Origin: Kribbella antibiotica
GTDB lineage: Bacteria; Actinomycetota; Actinomycetes; Propionibacteriales; Kribbellaceae
DNA length: 40,000 bases
Assembly (NCBI RefSeq): GCF_004349055.1
Contig: NZ_SMKX01000014.1
Coordinates: forward strand, 42,267-82,266
Reading direction: 5' to 3'
Of this stretch, positions 9,992 through 18,248 are shown piece after piece (the stretch's first letter is position 1; each line of letters starts with the position of its first letter). The notes below the pieces were generated by a model that was given only the letters and a program-made list of their open reading frames with translations, was not told the DNA's origin and searched no databases. The position numbers and the translations under genes are program-made.

Positions 9992-10440
9992 TCACGCCAC
10001 CGGCCTGAACCGCTTCAGGCCTGCCCGGAACATGGTGAGCAACGACCCGCGCACGTACGGGTGGCGCACGCGTGACGGCGAGTACTCGTACCAGGAGAAC
10101 GACGCGCCCCGCGGACACCCGCGCGGCTCGTAGTCGGGGCTGTCCGGACCCGTCGTCGGGTAGTCGGTGGCCTGGTGCTCCCAGGTGATCAGCTCGTCCT
10201 TGACGAAAACGTTCCACGAGCACGACCCGGTGCAGTTCACACCGTGCGTCGACCGCACGACCCGGTCGTAGCTCCACCGATCGCGGTAGAACGACTCCCA
10301 GGCACCGGAGCCGATCTGGTGCAGCGTTCGGCCGTGGTCGCCACCGTCTCCTTGGTGAAGAACCGCCGGACGCCGAGCAGCGCCTGATGGCCGGGAAGCC
10401 GGTCGTTCGCCTGTCCGAACAGGACTCTCGGCCCCGGCTT
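9992..10440 (-). pseudogene. narG: respiratory nitrate reductase alpha subunit, N-terminal ~125 codons only, frameshifted
   Basis: [92 protein letters not shown] is the unmistakable NarG N-terminus including the HxxxCxxxC FS0 cluster motif. The preceding [10 protein letters not shown] lies in a different frame (1-nt indel near 10353). The ORF stops at 9992, whereas NarG proteins are about 1200 aa. The 5' end is uncertain. Confidence 0.8.
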
Positions 10441-10464
10441 TCGGCCCCGGCACCGCGATCGGAT

Positions 10465-10500
10465 TTGCAAAGTTCTTCAAGTCACTACATGATGAAGTCA
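10465..10500 (+). promoter_or_regulatory. conserved box copy 1 (putative ArsR operator / -35 region)
   Basis: TTGCAAAGTTCTTCAAGTCACTACATGATGAAGTCA. Shares TTGCAaA.TTCTTCAA.TCA with boxes at 15855, 18183 (reverse) and 18937. Contains CTTCA...TGAAG inverted and AAGTCAC direct repeats. Lies between the narG remnant and the arsR-sulP operon. Confidence 0.55.
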
Positions 10501-10523
10501 CCAGATCGAAGGGCGGAGACCTG

Positions 10524-10709
10524 ATGAACAGCGGTGAGTTCGCGGTCGATCTGCGGCGCCGGGTGCGCGAGGCACGACAGGCGCTAGCAGAAGCGCGCGC
10601 CGAGGACGATCTGTACGCCGCCGACGTTCGGCTCGGTGAGCTCGACAGCATGCTGAGGCTGGCAATGGAGCACGGCGTCGAGGTCGGCGACGTGAGTGTC
10701 GACCGGTGA
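10524..10709 (+). CDS. small hypothetical protein upstream of arsR
   Basis: 61 aa ([44 protein letters not shown]...). Its stop overlaps the GTG start of the ArsR gene (GTGA at 10706-10709), suggesting coupling. Confidence 0.35.
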   Translation: MNSGEFAVDLRRRVREARQALAEARAEDDLYAADVRLGELDSMLRLAMEHGVEVGDVSVDR

Positions 10710-11053
10710 GCGCGCCCGTTCCGCTCTACCAGGCCAAGGCGGAGTTTTTCCGGATCCTGGGCCACCCGGTCCGGATCAGAGTCCTCGAACTGCTCCAGGA
10801 CGGTCCACGGCCGGTGCGCGACCTGCTGGCCGAGATCGGCATCGAGGCGTCCAGTCTGTCCCAGCAGCTCGGAGTTCTGCGCCGCTACGGCATCGTGGTG
10901 TCGCACCGCGAGGCGTCGACGGTGGTCTACGAGATCGCCGGTGGCGACATCGCGGAGCTGATGCGGACCGCGCGCCGCATCCTCACCGAACTGCTGGTCG
11001 GCCAGAGCGAGTTGCTCGCGGAGCTGCGTGAGGCCGAGGCCGTCAACCGATGA
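10706..11053 (+). CDS. ArsR/SmtB-family transcriptional regulator (paralogue 1, Cys-free)
   Basis: [20 protein letters not shown] ... [31 protein letters not shown] winged-HTH pattern. No cysteine anywhere in the 115 aa. Confidence 0.9.
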   Translation: MSAPVPLYQAKAEFFRILGHPVRIRVLELLQDGPRPVRDLLAEIGIEASSLSQQLGVLRRYGIVVSHREASTVVYEIAGGDIAELMRTARRILTELLVGQSELLAELREAEAVNR

Positions 11054-12747
11054 GCGTGGCTCACCGGATGCTCGCTCTGCTTCCGGCCCGTAACGACCTC
11101 GCGGCCATGGTTCGTCAGCCCCGGCGCGACCTGATCGCCGGTCTGACCGTGGCCATCGTCGCCTTACCACTCGCGCTGGGATTCGGGATCTCGTCCGGTC
11201 TCGGCGCCGCGGCCGGTCTGACCACCGCTGTGGTCGCCGGGGCGCTGGCAGCCGTGTTCGGCGGATCTGCCTTACAGGTATCCGGTCCGACCGGCGCGAT
11301 GACCGTCGTACTGGTTCCGATCATGCACGCGCACGGCGCGGGCGGGGTCCTGACGGTCGGGCTCATGGCCGGGCTGATCCTGGTCGGACTGGCGGCTGCC
11401 CGGGCCGGACAGTACATGGCCTACGTCCCCGCCTCGGTGGTCGAAGGATTCACCCTCGGCATCGCCTGCGTCATCGGGCTGCAACAACTGCCCGCCGCGC
11501 TCGGCATCGACCCACCGGAAGGCGACCAGGTCGTCCTCGTCGCCGCCCGCGCCGTCGCGTCGTTCGCCGGCCACCCGCACTGGACGGCTGCTGCTGTCAC
11601 AGGAGGTGTCACGGTGGTCATCCTGGTCGGGGGACGCCTGCGGCCCACGATCCCGTTCTCGATCGTTGCCGTCCTCGCAGCGACCCTCGTCACGAATCTC
11701 GCCGGACTCGAGATCGCCCAGATCGGCCAGCTCCCCCACGGCTTGCAGTCCCCGTCGCTGGCCTTCATCGACCCGTCGGCACTCTGGTCATTGGCCGGCC
11801 CCGCACTGGCCGTGGCCGCTTTGGCCGCGCTGGAATCCCTGCTCTCCGCAGCTGTCGCCGACGGCATGGGCGTCAACCACAAGCACGACCCCGACCGCGA
11901 ACTGTTCGGCCAAGGGCTGGCCAACCTGGTCACGCCATTGTTCGGCGGAGTGCCCGCTACCGGAGCGATCGCCCGAACGGCCGTCAACGTGCGGTCTGGG
12001 GCAGGGTCGCGCCTGGCCGCTCTGGTCCACGCCGCCCTCCTCGCGGCGATCATCTACACCGCCGCCCCCCTGGTCGGACGAATCCCACTCGCGGCTCTGG
12101 CAGGCGTCCTGCTGGCCACCGCCGTACGAATGGTCGAGGTCGGATCGGTCCGCGCGATGACTCGCGCAACACGCGCGGACGCGATCGTCCTCGCACTCAC
12201 CGCCATCGCGACCCTCGCACTCGACCTGGTCAAGGCCGTGATCCTCGGGCTCATCGTCGCCGGTGCGCTCGCGCTCCGTGCAGTTGCACGCAGCGCACGG
12301 CTGCAGCAGACACCCCTCGACCACGACCTCCCCGGCGACCACACCGCGGAAGAGCGCGCTCTACTGGACGAACACATCGTTGCCTACCGCATCGACGGGC
12401 CGCTGCTGTTCGCCGCCCACCGGTTCCTGCTGGAACTGTCCGAGGTCGCCCACACATCGGTGATCATCCTGCGCATGTCGGCAGTCAGCGCGATCGATGC
12501 CAGCGGCGCCCTCGTCCTGAAGGACGCGATCGAGAAGCTCCAGCACCGCGGGATGACCGTCCTCGTCTCCGGCATCCGCCCCGGCCATCACCGACCGCTG
12601 GACGCCCTCGACGTGATCAGGACCCTCAGCGCCGAAGGCCGCGTCTTCCCCAGCACACCCGAGGCCATTCGAGCGGCCCGAAACCACCTGCAGCACCACG
12701 GAATCCTGCACCCGGGTACCACCGCGGCACCGCCCATCCCGCAGTAA
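11050..12747 (+). CDS. SulP-family anion (sulfate/bicarbonate) permease with C-terminal STAS domain
   Basis: 565 aa. [38 protein letters not shown], multiple TM segments. C-terminal STAS-like part ([18 protein letters not shown]...[38 protein letters not shown]). ATGA overlap with arsR. Confidence 0.9.
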   Translation: MSVAHRMLALLPARNDLAAMVRQPRRDLIAGLTVAIVALPLALGFGISSGLGAAAGLTTAVVAGALAAVFGGSALQVSGPTGAMTVVLVPIMHAHGAGGVLTVGLMAGLILVGLAAARAGQYMAYVPASVVEGFTLGIACVIGLQQLPAALGIDPPEGDQVVLVAARAVASFAGHPHWTAAAVTGGVTVVILVGGRLRPTIPFSIVAVLAATLVTNLAGLEIAQIGQLPHGLQSPSLAFIDPSALWSLAGPALAVAALAALESLLSAAVADGMGVNHKHDPDRELFGQGLANLVTPLFGGVPATGAIARTAVNVRSGAGSRLAALVHAALLAAIIYTAAPLVGRIPLAALAGVLLATAVRMVEVGSVRAMTRATRADAIVLALTAIATLALDLVKAVILGLIVAGALALRAVARSARLQQTPLDHDLPGDHTAEERALLDEHIVAYRIDGPLLFAAHRFLLELSEVAHTSVIILRMSAVSAIDASGALVLKDAIEKLQHRGMTVLVSGIRPGHHRPLDALDVIRTLSAEGRVFPSTPEAIRAARNHLQHHGILHPGTTAAPPIPQ

Positions 12748-12758
12748 CTACCGGACTA

Positions 12759-13616
12759 TCAGTACAGGATGTTCACCGCCGGGTCGGACTCGCGGGTCCG
12801 ACGCCGAACCCGGTCTCGTTCCGCGGACGAGACCGGGTGAGGGACGACTGCGACGGGGCAGCGGCTCGAGGCGACGACTCGGCGGACGACCGGGTTGACG
12901 GCCGCCAACGCCGTACTGCGGGCGCCGACGACCAGCAGCTCGGCCGTCCTCGACTCGGTGAGCAGCGTCGTCGTCGCCGACTGCGTGCTGACCAGGCGTC
13001 GTACGTCGACATCCGGGTACTCATCAGCCCGACCGGCCAGAGCCTCGGCAAGGATCCGTTCGGCCTGCGGACCCCGGTCGCCTCCGGCATGGATGACGAG
13101 GAGCGGCACAGCGCGCGCCGCCGCGGCCTGGAAGGCGAAATCAAGAGCCTCGACAGACAATTCGGTGCCGTCGATACCGACTGCGACTCCGCGTGCCGTG
13201 GAGGGCTCCCAGGACACTGGAACGCTCACGGTGGGACGGCCCACCCGGACTGCCAGCGTCAGGTCAGCCCGAGCGGTGAGCAGCCGATGAGACGGCCGGC
13301 CCTCACTGCCGGCCAGCACCAGCATGCGCACGCCGATGGACGCAGCCGGGATTACCTTCGACCGCGGGCCCTCGCCAGTCGTCACCGTCACGGACAGATC
13401 AGGGCCGCCTAGGCGGCGGGCGACGTCGACGGCCTCGAGCAACCTCGGCGAGGAAACCAGGTCCGGTACGTCCAACCTGCTCACCACCCTGGTCGACGTT
13501 GCGGCGATCGCGTACGGCGCCACCAGAATCAACGCAGCACCGGCTGCCACAAAGGATGTTGATCGGGTAGATGCAGCGCCTTCGGCGGCTCTAATGGAGT
13601 GCGGCCTCCAGCGCAC
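12759..13616 (-). CDS. universal stress protein (tandem; first half degenerate)
   Basis: C-terminal half is VAVGIDGTELSVEALDFAFQAAAARAVPLLVIHAGG...ELLVVGARS...CPVAVVPH. The N-terminal start is uncertain. Confidence 0.8.
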   Translation of the reverse strand: MRWRPHSIRAAEGAASTRSTSFVAAGAALILVAPYAIAATSTRVVSRLDVPDLVSSPRLLEAVDVARRLGGPDLSVTVTTGEGPRSKVIPAASIGVRMLVLAGSEGRPSHRLLTARADLTLAVRVGRPTVSVPVSWEPSTARGVAVGIDGTELSVEALDFAFQAAAARAVPLLVIHAGGDRGPQAERILAEALAGRADEYPDVDVRRLVSTQSATTTLLTESRTAELLVVGARSTALAAVNPVVRRVVASSRCPVAVVPHPVSSAERDRVRRRTRESDPAVNILY

Positions 13617-13690
13617 GCTTCGCGGCAGTGGCGATCGAGGGCGTCATACCGAGCAGTTCGTACGCACCCAAACGTACTACGGCTGTCGCG

Positions 13691-14392
13691 TCAGTTTCGC
13701 GGACACACATCCCGGTCTGCGGCTACGCCATCAGATGTCAACCGTCGCCGAGCAGCAGTCGGAGCACGCGGGCTCAGCAGATGCTGGACGACCGACGCCA
13801 GTCGTTGGGACTGGATCGGCTTGATGAGGAAACCGGCGGCGCCGACACCCGCCGCGTCGGCTCGAAGATTCTTCGTGGAGACCGCCAGAACGGGGATGCC
13901 TAGTTCTTGCCGCAGCTGCCGGCAGAACAGCATGCCTTGCCCGCCCGAGACGAGGAGATCGACAACGGCGAGAGCCGGTGTGACGCTTCGCACCTCGGCA
14001 ACGGCCTGATCCACGGTGGATGCAACCGTGACTTCGTGTCCCTGTTCGTGCAGGAAGTATTCCGAGAAGCTGGCCGCGTGCGAATCAGGATCGACCAGAA
14101 GGATGCGCGCCGGAACGCCGGCGAGGACCACTGAGGCGACTGGCAGCGGCACTTCACCGGCCAGATGATCCTCCAGCAAGCGGAAGGCCGCGCTCCAGGT
14201 CTTCCCAATGGCCAGTTGATCGCAGACGAACCGCAACTGCCGGACCTGCGCCTTCGAGTAGGCGCGTTGCCCGTCTGGGCTCCGCGGAGGCACCACGACG
14301 GGGTAACGGACTTCCCAGGTACGCAACGTCGTCATCGAAACGCCGAGTATGCACGCGAGGGCACCGATGCTGTAGGTGGGCTGATCAGACAT
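13691..14392 (-). CDS. hybrid regulator: N-terminal MerR-type HTH plus C-terminal receiver (REC) domain
   Basis: YSIGALACILGVSMTTLRTWEVRY...RSPDGQRAYSKAQVRQLRFV (MerR HTH), then RILLVDPD...ALAVVDLLVSGGQG...IPVLAVS...GFLIKPI (REC with acidic pocket, phospho-Asp, Ser/Thr and Lys positions all present). Confidence 0.8.
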   Translation of the reverse strand: MSDQPTYSIGALACILGVSMTTLRTWEVRYPVVVPPRSPDGQRAYSKAQVRQLRFVCDQLAIGKTWSAAFRLLEDHLAGEVPLPVASVVLAGVPARILLVDPDSHAASFSEYFLHEQGHEVTVASTVDQAVAEVRSVTPALAVVDLLVSGGQGMLFCRQLRQELGIPVLAVSTKNLRADAAGVGAAGFLIKPIQSQRLASVVQHLLSPRAPTAARRRLTSDGVAADRDVCPRN

Positions 14393-14434
14393 TCGTCAAG
14401 CCGTCCTGATCGCTCGCAGACCGCTGCGCGGCCT

Positions 14435-14890
14435 TCACACGGCCTCGCTGTTTCCCCGGGCAGCGGCGATCACCAGCCGGATCGTCTGCGGAGCGGAGCC
14501 CTCTACCGGAGGCATTCCCCCGGTGACCTCAGTGATCGGGGCGAGCAACAGGTGGCCGACCACGGTGACGGCCCAACGGCGACGCTGCTGGTTGTCGACT
14601 GCATTGACTTCGAACACAGCCACGTACCCACGAGCGGCAGCGAGCAGTACCTCGGCCTGGCTGGACCTGAACAGGATCGAGCCCTTCTCAAGCTTGAACC
14701 TGGTCAGCCACGTCGCCGGCTTACCGGCCGCGGTGTAAACCAACCGGCCGATCACGGCAGTGGGCAACTGTTGCAGGCAGTCAGCCTGGCTGAGCCGGCG
14801 CTGACCGTGGGTGCTTGGTTCCGCAGCGCCACTCGTCGCGGCAACGGGTGCGACCGTTCGGAGGGGCAACTGGTCCGCTAATTCGCTCAT
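14435..14890 (-). CDS. pyridoxamine 5'-phosphate oxidase-like (PPOX / flavin- or F420-binding split-barrel) family protein
   Basis: Start at ATG 14888-14890 (MSELADQ...). LSQADCLQQLPTAVIGRLVYTAAGKPATWLTRFKLEKGSILFRSS...YVAVFEVNAVDNQQRRRWAVTVVG matches the family pattern. Confidence 0.75.
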   Translation of the reverse strand: MSELADQLPLRTVAPVAATSGAAEPSTHGQRRLSQADCLQQLPTAVIGRLVYTAAGKPATWLTRFKLEKGSILFRSSQAEVLLAAARGYVAVFEVNAVDNQQRRRWAVTVVGHLLLAPITEVTGGMPPVEGSAPQTIRLVIAAARGNSEAV

Positions 14891-15189
14891 GGGTTGCCGT
14901 CGTCTCCTCGGTGTGATGGATTCTGGGTGGCCACCGGCCGAGCATCGATGGGGTCTCGGCTTCTCGGCGATCTCGTCTGAGTGGATCCGCGAGCCAGATC
15001 CTGATCGCGCTGCAGGCTCAGCCGCTCCTCGAGGCAGACATCCATCCAAGCCAGCAGTTCTGCGGCCGCCGCCGCTCGACCGCACTTGCGCGCCGCACTG
15101 AGGCGGACCACCACGATCGCCAGCGCAACATCGATCTCGGCGACTGGATCAGCGCCGGACCATACCCCCAGCCGCTCGAGAACCGGCAT
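14887..15189 (-). CDS. hypothetical protein (100 aa)
   Basis: MPVLERLGVWSGADPVAEIDVALAIVVVRLSAARKCGRAAAAAELLAWMDVCLEERLSLQ... The ATGA overlap with the PPOX-like gene start argues for translation. No domain recognised. Confidence 0.45.
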   Translation of the reverse strand: MPVLERLGVWSGADPVAEIDVALAIVVVRLSAARKCGRAAAAAELLAWMDVCLEERLSLQRDQDLARGSTQTRSPRSRDPIDARPVATQNPSHRGDDGNP

Positions 15190-15245
15190 CGGCGACTTCA
15201 GGTGATGCGCTGTACGCCGTTGGCGTGGAGCGCCAGTTCCTCTGC

Positions 15246-15644
15246 TCACAGAAGGACACCCCGGCGCTGCTGCATGACAGTGCTCCGCTGTCTCGAGATG
15301 CCGTGAGCTTCCAGGGCCATCGCGAGGTCTGCGTGAACGACGGGAGCGCCGATACATCCGCCGAGGTCCTGCCGATGGTCGGCATCGCCATCGATCATCG
15401 GGGCTCCGGCGAGCTCCAGGGTCCGGCCCTGGTCGGCGAACTGCCCGACTGCGGCCGAGACGGCCTCGCGTCCCGCGTCGGACCATCCATGGAGACCGGA
15501 GAGGTCGAGGATGACAGTCGTCGCGCGCGTCAAGATCCAGCCGGTCGCACCGTTGAACCGAGGCAGGGCCTCCGCGCCGAGGTACCCGGTGACAGCCATG
15601 ACACCCACGGCACCGAATTGCTCGTACCGCCATTGAATCGTCAC
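15246..15644 (-). CDS. STAS-domain (anti-anti-sigma / SpoIIAA-like) protein
   Basis: GTG at 15642-15644 (VTIQWRYEQFGAVGVMAVTGYLGAEALPRFNGATGWILTRATTVILDLSGLHGWSDAGREAV...). GGAGG lies about 14 nt upstream. The longer track ORF (to 15860) is an upstream read-through. Confidence 0.7.
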   Translation of the reverse strand: MTIQWRYEQFGAVGVMAVTGYLGAEALPRFNGATGWILTRATTVILDLSGLHGWSDAGREAVSAAVGQFADQGRTLELAGAPMIDGDADHRQDLGGCIGAPVVHADLAMALEAHGISRQRSTVMQQRRGVLL

Positions 15645-15808
15645 GTCTCTGACTCTGCCTCCGGACCAGCCGGGACAACCGGCCTGATGTGGACGCGGGT
15701 GCCGGTGAGGGCGGCTCGGCGGACAATCTCCGTCACGCCTGCCGCATCGGTCACCGTCGGCTCGGAATCCGCCGTGGCCGCCGGAGAGTGAGTGACTTGG
15801 TAGCGCAT
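15641..15808 (-). CDS. small hypothetical protein (55 aa), first gene of the minus-strand operon
   Basis: MRYQVTHSPAATADSEPTVTDAAGVTEIVRRAALTGTRVHIRPVVPAGPEAESET*. GAAAGG precedes the ATG. The stop overlaps the STAS GTG (GTGA). Confidence 0.35.
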   Translation of the reverse strand: MRYQVTHSPAATADSEPTVTDAAGVTEIVRRAALTGTRVHIRPVVPAGPEAESET

Positions 15809-15847
15809 CGCTGCCTTTCGTGTTCCGTAGTTCAAGGGAACAACCTC

Positions 15848-15879
15848 GCAAGACTTGCAAACTTCTTCAATTCATCATG
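15848..15879 (+). promoter_or_regulatory. conserved box copy 2
   Basis: GCAAGACTTGCAAACTTCTTCAATTCATCATG. Near-identical to the reverse complement of 18159-18190 (GCAAGAATTGCAGACTTCTTCAATTCATGATC). Sits immediately upstream of the 15808->12759 minus-strand operon. Confidence 0.55.
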
Positions 15880-16036
15880 CCGTTTATTGTACTCATTGTG
15901 AACCCGAACGCCAGTGCCAGTCGAGGGCGACGAAGTAGGTGAGGACACACCTGCTCTTGGAAGGCCGCGTCGGCGATCGTCGCGCACACTTTCTTCGGGC
16001 CGCCGCCAAACTCATGGCCACGGCGAAGTGCTGGCG

Positions 16037-16300
16037 CTAAAAGATGTAGAAGCCGGTCACGGCAGTGGGCAGAGCGCCGAGGATGAGCCAGGGCGAGAAT
16101 GGTGTGCGCTGGAAGATCAGCCGCACGCCGGCGACCGTCAACAGGCCGATGACACCGGACATGATCCACAGGCCGACACCCCGCCCGTGGTCAGTCTTGG
16201 CAACGCCGATGCTGTAGACAGCGAGCGATACCGCCGGGACGCTTCCGATGTGCACCACAATGACCGAGGCGACCCAGCGCTGAACGGTTTCGATCTTCAT
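16037..16300 (-). CDS. small integral membrane protein (87 aa, about 3 TM)
   Basis: ATG 16298-16300: MKIETVQRWVASVIVVHIGSVPAVSLAVYSIGVAKTDHGRGVGLWIMSGVIGLLTVAGVRLIFQRTPFSPWLILGALPTAVTGFYIF*. Lies directly downstream of the HycE-like gene. Confidence 0.55.
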   Translation of the reverse strand: MKIETVQRWVASVIVVHIGSVPAVSLAVYSIGVAKTDHGRGVGLWIMSGVIGLLTVAGVRLIFQRTPFSPWLILGALPTAVTGFYIF

Positions 16301-16326
16301 ACGATGTGCGGGACGGCGGCGGGTTT

Positions 16327-17649
16327 TCACAGATTGTTCCCTGCGTCGGACTGATTGAAGCTCTTGCTGGTCAAGGCGAAGTCGGGAGCGATCGTGTCGG
16401 CCAGGGCCACTGTCAGAGCCGGCCAATTGAAGAAGGACGGGTCGACGATCTTCCACCGCGAGATGGAGCTGTCGGGCCCGAACTCGATCCGGTGAGCGAT
16501 GGTCCCCCGCCATCCCTCGACCAGTCCGACACCGGAGGCACTCCCTGCAGTGAGCCAGGTGGGTTTCGTGGTCTCCGCACTGAGCGGTGGCCGGACTGCG
16601 ATGAGCTGCCCGAGCAGGGCAACGGAGTGCTGGATCTCATCGGCTCTGGTAAGGAACCGAGCCAGGACGTCTCCGGTGCTCCGGGCAGTGGAGACGACGC
16701 CAGCCGTCAGGGCGGAGAACGGATGATCTCGGCGAGCGTCGAGATCGCATCCGCTCGCGCGGGCGACGTACCCGAGGGCGCCAAGATCGCGAGCGTCCGC
16801 CGAGCTCAGCACGGCAGTGCCGTCCATGCGGTCCTGGACGGCACTGTTGCCAAGTGCCAGGTCAACGATCTGCCGGAGATCGGACCCGATCGCGATCAGG
16901 GCGCCGGGGTCGGGCAGAGCACGGACGCGGGTGACACCCGGCGCGATCACCCCACGGAGCAAACGGTCACCGGTTACCTGTCGGTTGATTCGAAGCAGCT
17001 GCTCGCGGACCTGCTGAGCCTGAGCGATGGCGAGACCGTGACCCACGTCGTCGCAGAGGGCCCCGATATCGGTGACGTGGTTGTACAGCCGCTCGAGCTC
17101 GAGCAGGATGGCCCGCAGAACCTGGTTCTCTGCAGTGACCGGCCAGTCGCGGGCTTCCTCGACGGCCAGGCAGAACGCGAGTGCGTGTCCGACTGTCGTG
17201 TCGCCGCACACCTGCTCGGCCAATGGGAGGGCGTCGGCAATCAGCCTGCCTTCGGCCTGCTTCTCGATGCCTTTGTGGGCGAGGCGCAACCTCGCCTTCA
17301 GCTGGAGGATGCTCTCGCCGACGGCGGAGAACCGGACCTGCCCCGGCGCACCCTCGATGCCGAACTGGTCCTGCAACTCACGCTCGAAGCGGCCTGCCGG
17401 GAGGGAGATTGCGGCGAGGCTGGGCAGCTGCGGAGCGGACCGGCTGGTACTCAGGACCAGCTCGACGCGGCGGTCGGGCCGGGCTGCGACAAACAGGTAG
17501 ACGACACGGAACGCGTCCGGGTCGTCATGCCCGGCGATGAGCGCAAGCCGGTAACCGCTGTCGAGCAGCGCGGCGGCGCGGTCAGCCAGAGATTCGGAAG
17601 TGACTTTGACTTGGCGCCGATTGGGGTAGGTTCTCCGCTCGGGGCTCAT
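16327..17649 (-). CDS. orphan NuoC-NuoD / HycE-like ([NiFe]-hydrogenase large-subunit fold) protein with degenerate metal site
   Basis: 440 aa. NuoC-like N-terminus (YRLALIAGHDD...FRVVYLF...GRFERELQDQFGI), then FSAVGESILQLKARLRLAHKGIEKQAEG...LAEQVCGDTTVGHALAFCLAVEEA (compare the ERvCGiCxxxH L1 motif) and LLELERLYNHV. The C-terminus is KSFNQSDAGNNL* where hydrogenases have DPCxxC. Confidence 0.8.
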   Translation of the reverse strand: MSPERRTYPNRRQVKVTSESLADRAAALLDSGYRLALIAGHDDPDAFRVVYLFVAARPDRRVELVLSTSRSAPQLPSLAAISLPAGRFERELQDQFGIEGAPGQVRFSAVGESILQLKARLRLAHKGIEKQAEGRLIADALPLAEQVCGDTTVGHALAFCLAVEEARDWPVTAENQVLRAILLELERLYNHVTDIGALCDDVGHGLAIAQAQQVREQLLRINRQVTGDRLLRGVIAPGVTRVRALPDPGALIAIGSDLRQIVDLALGNSAVQDRMDGTAVLSSADARDLGALGYVARASGCDLDARRDHPFSALTAGVVSTARSTGDVLARFLTRADEIQHSVALLGQLIAVRPPLSAETTKPTWLTAGSASGVGLVEGWRGTIAHRIEFGPDSSISRWKIVDPSFFNWPALTVALADTIAPDFALTSKSFNQSDAGNNL

Positions 17650-17744
17650 TCACCACCGGCCGGCACAGCGCGCGGTCGCTGACAGTCCCGGCGCGCAGGC
17701 TCCGGCTCCGCGATCTGTCTCGCGGATCGCCCCTAGCGGCGCTC

Positions 17745-18116
17745 TCACCGCACCGCCCGCTTCTTCACTCGCGACCGTCCGGCTGCCACCGCATCCGCGC
17801 GGAGCCCGTCGAGCAGCTCAGCCTGATCCGACAACACCGACGTCAGGATCACCCGGGCGACCATCAGCAGCTCGGCGACCTGCGGGCTCGTCAACGAGTA
17901 ATAGACCTGTGAGCCTTCCTTGCGGGTGGCAACCAGACCGGCCCGGCGAAGAACTGCGAGCTGCTGCGACAGATTCGAGGCTTCCAAGCCGATCTCCGGC
18001 AGCAACTCCCCCACCGACATCTCGTGCTCACTGAGGAGCTCGAGCAGCCTGATCCTGGCCGGGTGCCCCAGGGTCCTGAAGAACTCGGCCTTCAGCTGGT
18101 GCAGTGGTGTGGTCAT
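17745..18116 (-). CDS. ArsR/SmtB-family transcriptional regulator (paralogue 2, Cys-free)
   Basis: MTTPLHQLKAEFFRTLGHPARIRLLELLSEHEMSVGELLPEIGLEASNLSQQLAVLRRAGLVATRKEGSQVYYSL. Lies 95 nt upstream of the HycE-like gene on the same strand. Confidence 0.9.
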   Translation of the reverse strand: MTTPLHQLKAEFFRTLGHPARIRLLELLSEHEMSVGELLPEIGLEASNLSQQLAVLRRAGLVATRKEGSQVYYSLTSPQVAELLMVARVILTSVLSDQAELLDGLRADAVAAGRSRVKKRAVR

Positions 18117-18158
18117 CCTCTGCCTTCCGTCGCTTCACAGGGCATACGCCATGTATGT

Positions 18159-18190
18159 GATCATGAATTGAAGAAGTCTGCAATTCTTGC
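18159..18190 (-). promoter_or_regulatory. conserved box copy 3 (reverse orientation, upstream of ArsR paralogue 2)
   Basis: The reverse complement reads GCAAGAATTGCAGACTTCTTCAATTCATGATC. It is 43 nt upstream of the ArsR start (18116), which has a GGAAGGCAGAGG ribosome-binding region. Confidence 0.6.
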
Positions 18191-18248
18191 GTACTGCGCA
18201 ACCACAGTCCGCCGTCGGCCGCACCTGCCGGCCGCGGGACCGCGGGTT

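Noticed and set aside
10441-11170. Upstream two thirds of the 392-aa reverse ORF 9992-11170
   Set aside because: Only the last ~120 codons are NarG-like. The remainder runs antisense through the small ORF, the arsR gene and the sulP start, and looks like a shadow frame.
16306-17682. 458-aa forward ORF
   Set aside because: It is antisense to the clearly recognisable NuoCD/HycE-like gene and has no motifs.
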